DNA from: Elusimicrobiota bacterium
GTDB taxonomy: Bacteria > Elusimicrobiota > Endomicrobiia > CG1-02-37-114 > JAHJSO01
Assembly: GCA_043826435.1 (NCBI GenBank)
Contig: JBDRQF010000043.1
Coordinates: forward strand, 1-11,772
Direction of reading: 5' to 3'
Length of the DNA stretch: 11,772 nt
How positions within the stretch are numbered: position 1 is the stretch's first letter; each line of letters starts with the position of its first letter. This document shows positions 1 to 7,244 of this stretch, piece after piece. Below the pieces are notes generated by a model. The model ran no database searches. It had not been told where the DNA came from and saw only the letters and a list, made by a program, of their open reading frames with translations. Made by a program: the position numbers and the translations under genes.

Positions 1-813
1 AGGCAAGCGCTTTATGCAGGGACATGGTACCCGGATACAAAACGGGATATAGAAGAATACCTTGACAGGGGAGCCCTGAAGAAAGAAAAGACAAAGGCGA
101 TTGCGTGCATTTGTCCCCATGCCGGATGGATGTATTCAGGAAAAGTGGCCGGCAGCGTTTACTCCCGGATAAATTTAGATGAATATGACTCCTGCGTGAT
201 TGTGGGGCCCAACCACACCGGGTATGGCCAGCCGGTCAGTATGTTCCCGGAGGGTGACTGGCAGATGCCCCTGGGAAATATTTCTGTTGACGGTGAACTT
301 TCCGCTGAAATTCTTAAAAATTCGGAATTCATAAGGACCGATACACAGGCGCACCTCAGGGAACACTGTATTGAAGTCCAGTTGCCGTTTATCCAGTATT
401 TTAACCCCGGTATAAAAATCGTGCCGATAGTGATTATGTCCGATAATTTTGAAATTATCGAAGATATCGGCAGGGCGGTCGGGGCTGGCATAAAAAATCT
501 GTCAAAAATGAAAAACCGAAAAACCCTGGTTATTGCTTCCACGGATATGACCCACTACGAGCCGCACGAGAGGGCGAAAAAGCAGGACAGGTATGCAATT
601 GACATGATTCTCAATCTTGATGCGGAGGGGTTTTTTAAGACGGTAGTCCGGATGGGGATATCAATGTGCGGGGCGGCGCCGGCTGCCGCGGTAATCATTG
701 CGTCCATTTTACTGGGTGCCGGGCATTCGGAACTTGTTAAATACGCAACCAGCGGGGACGTGTCAGGCGACTATGATGCGGTCGTCGGTTACGCGGGGTT
801 TGTTATTAAATGA
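1..813 (+). CDS. amrB: AmmeMemoRadiSam system protein B (MEMO1 family), 5'-truncated by the window edge
   Basis: The frame is open from base 1 (RQALYAGTWYP...ICPHAGWMYSG), so the ATG at 130 in the ORF track is internal. MEMO motifs present: AGxWYP, PHAG(W)xYSG, GPNH, EHxIEVQLPF, ASTDMTHY, MCG, YATSGD, VVGYAG. Confidence 0.93.
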   Translation, partial: RQALYAGTWYPDTKRDIEEYLDRGALKKEKTKAIACICPHAGWMYSGKVAGSVYSRINLDEYDSCVIVGPNHTGYGQPVSMFPEGDWQMPLGNISVDGELSAEILKNSEFIRTDTQAHLREHCIEVQLPFIQYFNPGIKIVPIVIMSDNFEIIEDIGRAVGAGIKNLSKMKNRKTLVIASTDMTHYEPHERAKKQDRYAIDMILNLDAEGFFKTVVRMGISMCGAAPAAAVIIASILLGAGHSELVKYATSGDVSGDYDAVVGYAGFVIK

Positions 814-825
814 ACCGGGAACCGT

Positions 826-849
826 GGGGTCAGGTCTTGACATTTGACA
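826..849 (+). repeat. GGGGTCAG-tagged short element (GGGGTCAGGTCTTGACATTTGACA), resembling short terminal repeats associated with RAYT/HUH transposases
   Basis: Intergenic GGGGTCAGGTCT followed by tandem TTGACA. The resemblance is from recall; there is one copy in the window and no transposase. Confidence 0.3.
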
Positions 850-868
850 AAATTGGGCTGGCACAAAG

Positions 869-892
869 TGAGGGCGCGACGATAGGAGGTTT
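869..892 (+). repeat. 24-bp imperfect direct repeat, copy 1 (contains AGGAGG)
   Basis: TGAGGGCGCGACGATAGGAGGTTT versus TGAGGGCACTACAATAGGAGGTTT at 1656-1679; 21/24 identical. Confidence 0.75.
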
Positions 893-909
893 GTTCTAAA
901 AAATCAGCC

Positions 910-1596
910 ATGACTTATTCAGAAATTTTACAACGTTTAAAGGGCTCCGGAAATTTATTTCGCCAATGTTTATTTCGCCGTGCGGAAGGAGCGCCGTTTT
1001 TTGTGATTGCGGGGCTCGTCGGGGGACTATTGTTCCCCGGGTGTGCCCTTAAACCAAAATTTATTGCACCGAATTACGGCCCGCCGTCAACAGTCGCAGT
1101 GCTGCCGTTCAATAACCATACGATTGATATGGACGGGCCCGTTTTGGTGAGGAGGGTTTTTTCAGAAAAACTCAGACGCAGGGGATACAATGTGAAACCC
1201 GAAGAAGAGACCGACGATATTTTGAGAAAGCAAGGTATAACCGACGGAGGCCAGTTGCCGTCCATCAAACCCGCAAAACTTGCCGAGGTATTGGGGGTTG
1301 ACGGTCTTTTTTACGGAGACCTGATTGAATTTAAGTATGTAACGTTAGGGTTTTACAATACCCGCGTGGTGGAGGCGAACTTTAAACTTATTGACGGTTA
1401 TACGGGGGAGATGCTTTGGGAGGACCAGCGGAAAGCGACGAAAACGAAAATAGCGCTGTCGTCGGAAGACGCCCTGGAGGTTTTCAAGGACAAACTGGTT
1501 GAAAAGACCGTTGACAAAATGCTCAGGATGCCGTTAAAAGAAGAGACGGATCTGGTTATAAAAAGAGTTATATCAACACTGCCCTACGGGAGGTAG
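910..1596 (+). CDS. DUF799/GNA1162-like lipoprotein (start codon uncertain)
   Basis: Hydrophobic stretch plus lipobox-like LFPG-C (Cys45, nt 1042). TVAVLPFNNHT, LRRRGYNV, KLAEVLGVDGLFYG and FKLIDGYTGEMLW are typical of DUF799/CsgG-like-fold lipoproteins. Confidence 0.75.
   Translation: MTYSEILQRLKGSGNLFRQCLFRRAEGAPFFVIAGLVGGLLFPGCALKPKFIAPNYGPPSTVAVLPFNNHTIDMDGPVLVRRVFSEKLRRRGYNVKPEEETDDILRKQGITDGGQLPSIKPAKLAEVLGVDGLFYGDLIEFKYVTLGFYNTRVVEANFKLIDGYTGEMLWEDQRKATKTKIALSSEDALEVFKDKLVEKTVDKMLRMPLKEETDLVIKRVISTLPYGR
954..979 (+). repeat. 11-bp repeat TTTATTTCGCC, two copies, 15-bp period (in-frame LFRQC/LFRRA)
   Basis: Copies at 954-964 and 969-979, in the long N-region of the putative signal peptide. 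Confidence 0.6.
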
Positions 1597-1668
1597 GGAT
1601 GAGGTTGGCTGTTTATGCCGGCGGGCGAGAGTTGTTATCGCCCGGGGACGCCCGATGAGGGCACTACA
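1582..1668. repeat. Cluster of short palindromes resembling degenerate GTAG-family REP elements
   Basis: CCCTAC/GTAGGG stem (1582-1598) over the stop codon; CGGGCGA/TCGCCCG 7-bp stem (1622-1644); GCCC-GATGA-GGGC followed by ACTAC (1650-1667), which reads GTAG-TGCCC...GGGC on the minus strand. Confidence 0.45.
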
Positions 1669-1679
1669 ATAGGAGGTTT
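1656..1679 (+). repeat. 24-bp imperfect direct repeat, copy 2, including the Shine-Dalgarno of the CsgG-like gene
   Basis: AGGAGG at 1671-1676 lies 5 nt before the ATG at 1682; 21/24 match to 869-892. Confidence 0.75.
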
Positions 1680-1681
1680 TT

Positions 1682-2605
1682 ATGGACAGAACAATTGTGT
1701 TGTGTACGGCGGCGTTGCTTGTCGCAGGGTGCGCACCCAGCAGCACCGTCAGGATGCAGCAGGCGGTAAGCGTGAGGGAAACACAGAAGGTTGAGGCGAA
1801 GATGACCGGTCCCAAGAGGAGAATAGGCGTGGTGGATTTTGAAAACAAGACCGCCTACGGGGCGCAGCGGTTAGGCACCTCGGCAAGTGATATTTTAATT
1901 ACGGAACTCGTAAAGTCGGAAAAATTCATAGTCGTTGAGAGAGACAAACTTAACAAAATTATGGAAGAACAGAAATTGGGACAGTCGGGTATCGTTGATT
2001 CAGTCACTGCCGTCCAGGTCGGAAAGATTCTGGGACTGAATGCAATGGTGACCGGGAGTATATCGCAGTTCGGGGTGAAAACCGGCGGCGCCGACTATCT
2101 CCTGACGCAATCAAAACAGCAGGTGGCGGAATGCACAGTTGATATTCGCGTGGTGGATGTTGAGACGGGCCAGATACTCTATGCTGACGCCGGTAAGGGC
2201 GTCGCAAAGAGAGGCACCGGGCAGGTTTTGGGGCTCGGCACAAGAGCCGGTTATGACGAAACGCTTGAGGGCGAATCACTCAGGGCGGCGATTGCGAAAT
2301 TCACCGAAAACATCATATGGCAGGTTAACAAGAAGCCATGGAGTTGCAGGGTGGCAGAAGTTGACAAGGCGACAATTTATTTGAATGCAGGGCTTGCAAG
2401 CGGACTGAATGTAGGGGAGAAACTCAAGGTCTATCACCTCGGCAGGGAGATAAAAGACCCGACGACCGGGCTTGTCCTCGGGAACATTGAGGATGAAATA
2501 GCGGATATTGAAGTCGTCCGGCATTTCGGCGAGGACGGCTCCATCGCAAAAATCATTAAAGGGACGCCGCCGTCAAAGAATGACATCTGCCGGCTTTTTA
2601 AATAA
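1682..2605 (+). CDS. CsgG/HfaB-family lipoprotein with an extra C-terminal beta domain (FlgT-C-like)
   Basis: Signal peptide with lipobox VAG-C. KRRIGVVDFENKT, FIVVERDKLNKIMEEQKL, GSISQFG and VDIRVVDVETGQI are CsgG-family motifs. The C-terminus contains IYLNAG...GLNVGEKLKVY...DPTTG. Strong SD. Confidence 0.85.
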   Translation: MDRTIVLCTAALLVAGCAPSSTVRMQQAVSVRETQKVEAKMTGPKRRIGVVDFENKTAYGAQRLGTSASDILITELVKSEKFIVVERDKLNKIMEEQKLGQSGIVDSVTAVQVGKILGLNAMVTGSISQFGVKTGGADYLLTQSKQQVAECTVDIRVVDVETGQILYADAGKGVAKRGTGQVLGLGTRAGYDETLEGESLRAAIAKFTENIIWQVNKKPWSCRVAEVDKATIYLNAGLASGLNVGEKLKVYHLGREIKDPTTGLVLGNIEDEIADIEVVRHFGEDGSIAKIIKGTPPSKNDICRLFK

Positions 2606-2673
2606 CAGATAAATCCTGTCCGATAAACAACCCCAACTTTGCCCGTGAGACATTCCGCTCGTAAGACAGGTCT

Positions 2674-4476
2674 ATGAAAAACAAAGAGATCGCCCGGTCC
2701 CTGCATCACATTGCAGAGTTCTTATTACTCACTAACGAAAACCCTTTCCGAATCAGGGCTTATGAAAACGCAGCCCTGTCCGTTGAGTCGCTCACCGCAT
2801 CAATTGAGGAACTAGCGAAAGACAATAAACTTGAAGACGTCCCCGGCATAGGGGAGGGCGTCGCAGAAAAAATCAGGGAATACCTGAAGACAGGCAGGAT
2901 GCAATACCTTGAGGACCTGAAGAAAAAATTTCCGCCGGGACTTCTTGAGATTATGGAAGTACCGGGTATGGGCCCCAAAAAGGCGAAGGTTGTTTTTGAC
3001 AAACTGAAAATTACCGACCTGAAAGCACTGAAAAAAGCAGCATCCGACGGTAAACTGAGCGCTCTGCCAGGATTTGGAGAAAAAACAGAACAGAACATAC
3101 TCCGTGGTATTGGACTGAAAGAAAAATCAAAAGGCAGGGCACTTCTGTCCGATGCACTGAATACAGCAGGGGCGATAATTGAGGGGCTTTCTCCCGTTAA
3201 GGAGATAAAGCAGATAAGCCCGGCGGGTTCGCTCAGGAGGGGGAAGGAAACAATCGGAGACATTGATATTCTCTGCACTGTTGAAAAAGGGAAAGATGCC
3301 TTTGTTGTGAAGAAATTCACACAACTCCCTGCTGTGAGTAAGGTGCTTGCAGCGGGCGAGACAAAAGCAAGCATTATTACAGACGAAGGGATTCAGGTTG
3401 ATTTAAGGGTCCTTGAGCCGCATTCTTACGGCTCCGCACTTTTATATTTTACCGGCTCAAAGGAACACAATATTGCTCTCAGGGAACTTGCAAACCGTAA
3501 GGGCTACATGATAAATGAGTACGGAGTTTTTAAACTCAAACAGCAGGTTGCAGGGAAAACAGTATCCCGTAACGCATTCCACCCTACACCTTCACAACAA
3601 CCGGCCGGGGGGAAAGTCGGGGTGAGGGTTGCAGGGAAAACCGAGGAAGAAATCTACCGGTTGATGGGCCTGCAGTATATTCCGCCTGAATTGAGGGAAA
3701 ACAAGGGGGAGATTGAGGCGGCGTCTAAAAATGCGCTGCCTGAACCAGTTGAACCCGGAGACATAAAAGGAGACACCCATGTCCATTCCAATTACAGCGA
3801 CGGGGCGGACACAATTCAGGAGATAGCACAGCAGGGCAGAAAAATGAAATATCAATGGGTGATTATCTGTGACCATTCCCAATCATTAAAAGTGGCGGGA
3901 GGGATAAGCCCAGGGGATATTTTCTCAAAAATAGATGAAATCAAAAAGGTCAATTCAAAAAGCACAGATATTAAACTTTTGTGCGGGGCAGAGGTTGATG
4001 TGCTTTCCGACGGTAAACTGGATTATCCCGACGAGGTGTTGAAGGAACTGGACTTTGTTGTGTGTTCAATACACACGGGTTTCAAACAGACAGAAGAACA
4101 AATAACGAACCGCGTAATAAGCGCATTCCAGAATAAATATGTCCACTCGTTTTCCCATCCCACGGGACGGCTGCTCGGTAAAAGGGAACCGTACCAGATA
4201 AACCTTGAGCGTGTGCTTGAGGAGGCGAAAAAATGCGGTGTCTTTATAGAGATAAATGCTTATCCCGAGCGGATGGAACTTACGGACATATACTGCAAAA
4301 AGGCAAAGGAATTAGGAGTTCGTATTACTATTGGCACTGATGCACACCATATAAAACAGATGCATTTTATGCAATTAGGGGTGTTCGTTGCCCGCAGGGG
4401 CTGGCTTGAAAAGAGGGATGTAATAAACACCCTGCCCTATGAGAAACTCGTCGAAATTTTGAGAGAAAGACGCTGA
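2674..4476 (+). CDS. polX: DNA polymerase X with C-terminal PHP 3'-5' exonuclease domain
   Basis: ENPFRIRAY, HhH motifs (VPGIG, [8 protein letters not shown], LPGFG), [16 protein letters not shown] with catalytic DxD, [21 protein letters not shown]. PHP motifs HVHS, [16 protein letters not shown], GTDAH are intact. Confidence 0.96.
   Translation: [600 protein letters not shown]
3546..3641 (+). repeat. Perfect 15-bp direct repeat (GGTTGCAGGGAAAAC) flanking an in-frame insertion in polX
   Basis: Copies at 3546-3560 and 3627-3641, 81 bp apart (27 codons); VAGKT is encoded twice. Confidence 0.9.
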
Positions 4477-4531
4477 TAAATTGGGATATAATAGGTAACT
4501 GAAATGTTAATATCATCAAGCATCAAAGAAA

Positions 4532-5671
4532 ATGAAAATGGTTGAGGAAAGAAAATTATCAGTCTTTGAGAAATACCTGACACTATGGGTCTTATTTTGC
4601 ATTGGTGCGGGCATCTTTTTAGGGAAGATAGCACCTGGGGTTGCAATAAAATTAGATTCTCTTTCAATATATAATGTATCCATTCCCATCGCTATCTGTC
4701 TATTTTTTATGATGTATCCAATTATGGTGAAGATAGATTTTACAGAAGTAGTAAGAGCGGCAAAAACGCCCAAACCCGTGGTTTTAACATTATTCATCAA
4801 TTGGGCAATCAAGCCGTTTACCATGTATCTGATTGCTTCATTTTTTTTGGGATACTTGTTCAAGGGATTCTTGCCTGGGACCGAGATTATTAAGACAGGG
4901 CAAGAAGTTGAGTTATGGAGAAGTTACATCTCGGGCGCTATTCTGCTGGGGATTGCTCCCTGTACGGCTATGGTGTTGATGTGGAGTTATCTGGCAAAAG
5001 GTAATGATGGGCTTACTTTAGTCATGGTTGCTATAAACTCTCTGACGATGCTTGTATTTTATGCACCCCTTGGAGGATTTTTACTTGGTGTAAATGCAAT
5101 GCCTATACCCTGGCAGACAATATTGTTTTCAGTAATGATTTATGTAGCTTTGCCATTGGTTGCAGGATACTTTTCACGGAAGTGGATTATCAAATCCAAA
5201 GGGTTAGGATGGTTTAATACAAAATTTTTGCATCGGCTCACACCGATTAGCATATCTGCACTTCTTGCCACTTTAGTGCTTTTGTTTTCTTTTAAGGGAG
5301 AGATTATAACAGAGTACCCTCTGACGATATTATGGATTGCTATTCCTCTTTTTATCCAGACGATATTCATTTTTACTCTGGGATATTTTGTTCTAGCGAG
5401 ATTTCTGAAACTCTCATATCATGATGCCGCCCCTTCAGCGATGATTGGTGCTTCAAATCATTTTGAGGTAGCAATCGCAACAGCGACCATGCTTTTTGGA
5501 TTGTCTTCGGGTGCAGCGTTAGCAACGGTCGTCGGTGTTTTGATTGAAGTCCCAGTGATGCTTATGCTTGTTTCAATTTGTAAGAGATACTGTCATTTAT
5601 TTGAAGGATGCCATTTAGATTTACCACAGTGCAAACATAGATATGCGGCTAATGAGATAGAGGATGCATAA
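4532..5671 (+). CDS. acr3: ACR3-family arsenite/antimonite efflux transporter
   Basis: [38 protein letters not shown] (conserved Cys), [28 protein letters not shown]; about 10 TM segments. The start could be 4538. Confidence 0.95.
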   Translation: MKMVEERKLSVFEKYLTLWVLFCIGAGIFLGKIAPGVAIKLDSLSIYNVSIPIAICLFFMMYPIMVKIDFTEVVRAAKTPKPVVLTLFINWAIKPFTMYLIASFFLGYLFKGFLPGTEIIKTGQEVELWRSYISGAILLGIAPCTAMVLMWSYLAKGNDGLTLVMVAINSLTMLVFYAPLGGFLLGVNAMPIPWQTILFSVMIYVALPLVAGYFSRKWIIKSKGLGWFNTKFLHRLTPISISALLATLVLLFSFKGEIITEYPLTILWIAIPLFIQTIFIFTLGYFVLARFLKLSYHDAAPSAMIGASNHFEVAIATATMLFGLSSGAALATVVGVLIEVPVMLMLVSICKRYCHLFEGCHLDLPQCKHRYAANEIEDA

Positions 5672-5737
5672 CCCCAAGAGCCCCCCCACAATTTGAAAAC
5701 ATTCACTTTTGGAAAATAGCGGGGTATCAAACAGCAC

Positions 5738-5766
5738 TTGCTTATTAAAAATTAAATTTGTATAAT
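5738..5766 (+). promoter_or_regulatory. Sigma70-type promoter upstream of the M16 peptidase genes
   Basis: TTGCTT (5738-5743), 17-bp spacer, perfect TATAAT (5761-5766), in AT-rich intergenic DNA. Confidence 0.65.
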
Positions 5767-5929
5767 CTTTAAAGAATCGGGTGGCAGAAAATTTTGTCAA
5801 CGGGAATTTTAAGCGGGATTTTGGCAATGGTAACAGGGCTCGTTCTTGTCCCATCCGTATCTCGGTAAATCTTAAAGGATTAGCGCATTTTTATTTTTTG
5901 TATCTGGATGAAATTGGCTGTTTTTTTTT

Positions 5930-7240
5930 ATGGATATTAAAAGGAGCGTATTGATACTTATGGCTTTCCTCACCCTCGCCGGTTTTTCACCGCTTAAAGG
6001 GTTTAGAAAATATATTCTTAAAAACGGCCTGACCGTTTACCTGAAATCAGACAACAAACTGCCCATCGTAAGCGTTCATTTGTGGGTGAAGGCAGGTTCC
6101 GTTGACGAGACAAAGCAGAACAACGGCGTGTCGCATTTCCTTGAGCACATGCTGTTCAAGGGTACCACAAATTACCCTGTCGGCGAGATTTCAAGGACGA
6201 TTGAATCACACGGAGGCATAATAAATGCGGCTACTTCAAAGGAGTTCACCTTTTATTATATAGACATTTCAACATCGGGGTATCTCCCGGCATTAAGAAT
6301 TATCGCTGACATCGCACAGAATGCCACTTTCCCGGAAGACGAACTTGAACGCGAAAGGAAGGTGATTCTGGAAGAAATAAAACGCAGCGAGGACAACCCG
6401 GAAAACGTTTTGTATGAAAACTTCAACGGGCTGCTTTTTACGGCAACGCCGTACAAGTACCGCGTTATCGGTACGACGAAGAGCGTCCTCGGGCTTTCGC
6501 GGGACGACATAATCGCGTATTACAGGAAACAATATGTTCCCCGTAATATGGTGCTTGTCATATGCGGCAATATAGACAGGGCGCAGACAAGAAAATATGT
6601 GAAGGATTTGTTTGGCGGACTTACAGGCACAACGAAAACGCAGCGCAGCCAGATGATAGAGCCGGTTAAACCGCCGTCACTTAAAAAATCCACAAAGGAT
6701 GTTTCCCAGACCTACCTTCTGAGCGGGTTCCTTGGCCCCGAGATTGATTCCAGATACCAGCACACGGCGGACATCCTTGCAATAGTGCTCGGTTCGGGTA
6801 GGAGTTCCCGTCTTTACAAAAACCTGAGGGAACGCAAACAGATGGTGTATTCAATAGGGAGCGGTTTTTATTCGCAGGCCGGCAGCGGGATATTTTATGT
6901 TTCAGCGGTGTGCGATGCGGAGAAAAAAGAGGACGTCATTAAAGAGATAAAATCGGAGTTGGAAACGGCGTTAAACGAACGGATTGACACAGCGGAGATA
7001 GACAAGGCGAAAGAGATTGTCAGGAGCGGATGGTATTTCTCTTTTGAAACTTATAACCAGCAGGCCCACACGGTGGGGTACTGGGCTTTACTTGACAGGA
7101 TAAAATTCGTCCGGGAATACCTTAAAAACATTGAAAGGGTCGGGCCGGATGATTTGAAAAGGTTTTTGAAAATTTACTATACGGGGCTTGCGACCTCAAT
7201 AATTGAGCCGGCAAAGGCCCCCGAGTCAACCGCAAAATAA
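5930..7240 (+). CDS. M16B family zinc metallopeptidase, catalytic subunit, probably exported
   Basis: HFLEH (HxxEH) in GVSHFLEHMLFKGT, GGIINAATS, ERKVILEE (distal Glu ligand), SSRLYKNLRE; N-terminal signal-peptide-like sequence. Confidence 0.93.
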   Translation: MDIKRSVLILMAFLTLAGFSPLKGFRKYILKNGLTVYLKSDNKLPIVSVHLWVKAGSVDETKQNNGVSHFLEHMLFKGTTNYPVGEISRTIESHGGIINAATSKEFTFYYIDISTSGYLPALRIIADIAQNATFPEDELERERKVILEEIKRSEDNPENVLYENFNGLLFTATPYKYRVIGTTKSVLGLSRDDIIAYYRKQYVPRNMVLVICGNIDRAQTRKYVKDLFGGLTGTTKTQRSQMIEPVKPPSLKKSTKDVSQTYLLSGFLGPEIDSRYQHTADILAIVLGSGRSSRLYKNLRERKQMVYSIGSGFYSQAGSGIFYVSAVCDAEKKEDVIKEIKSELETALNERIDTAEIDKAKEIVRSGWYFSFETYNQQAHTVGYWALLDRIKFVREYLKNIERVGPDDLKRFLKIYYTGLATSIIEPAKAPESTAK

Positions 7241-7244
7241 ATGT

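Noticed and set aside
837..872. Tandem TTGACA as -35 elements
   Set aside because: No acceptable -10 hexamer at 16-18 bp spacing.
3561..3626. polX insert as an intein or self-splicing intron
   Set aside because: Far too short, with no intein terminal residues (C/S...HN) and no group I or II intron motifs.
844..5800. 11-bp inverted match TTGACAAAATT (844-854) / AATTTTGTCAA (5790-5800) as element ends
   Set aside because: An AT-rich 11-mer match is expected by chance in 11.8 kb; there is no transposase and I noticed no target duplication.
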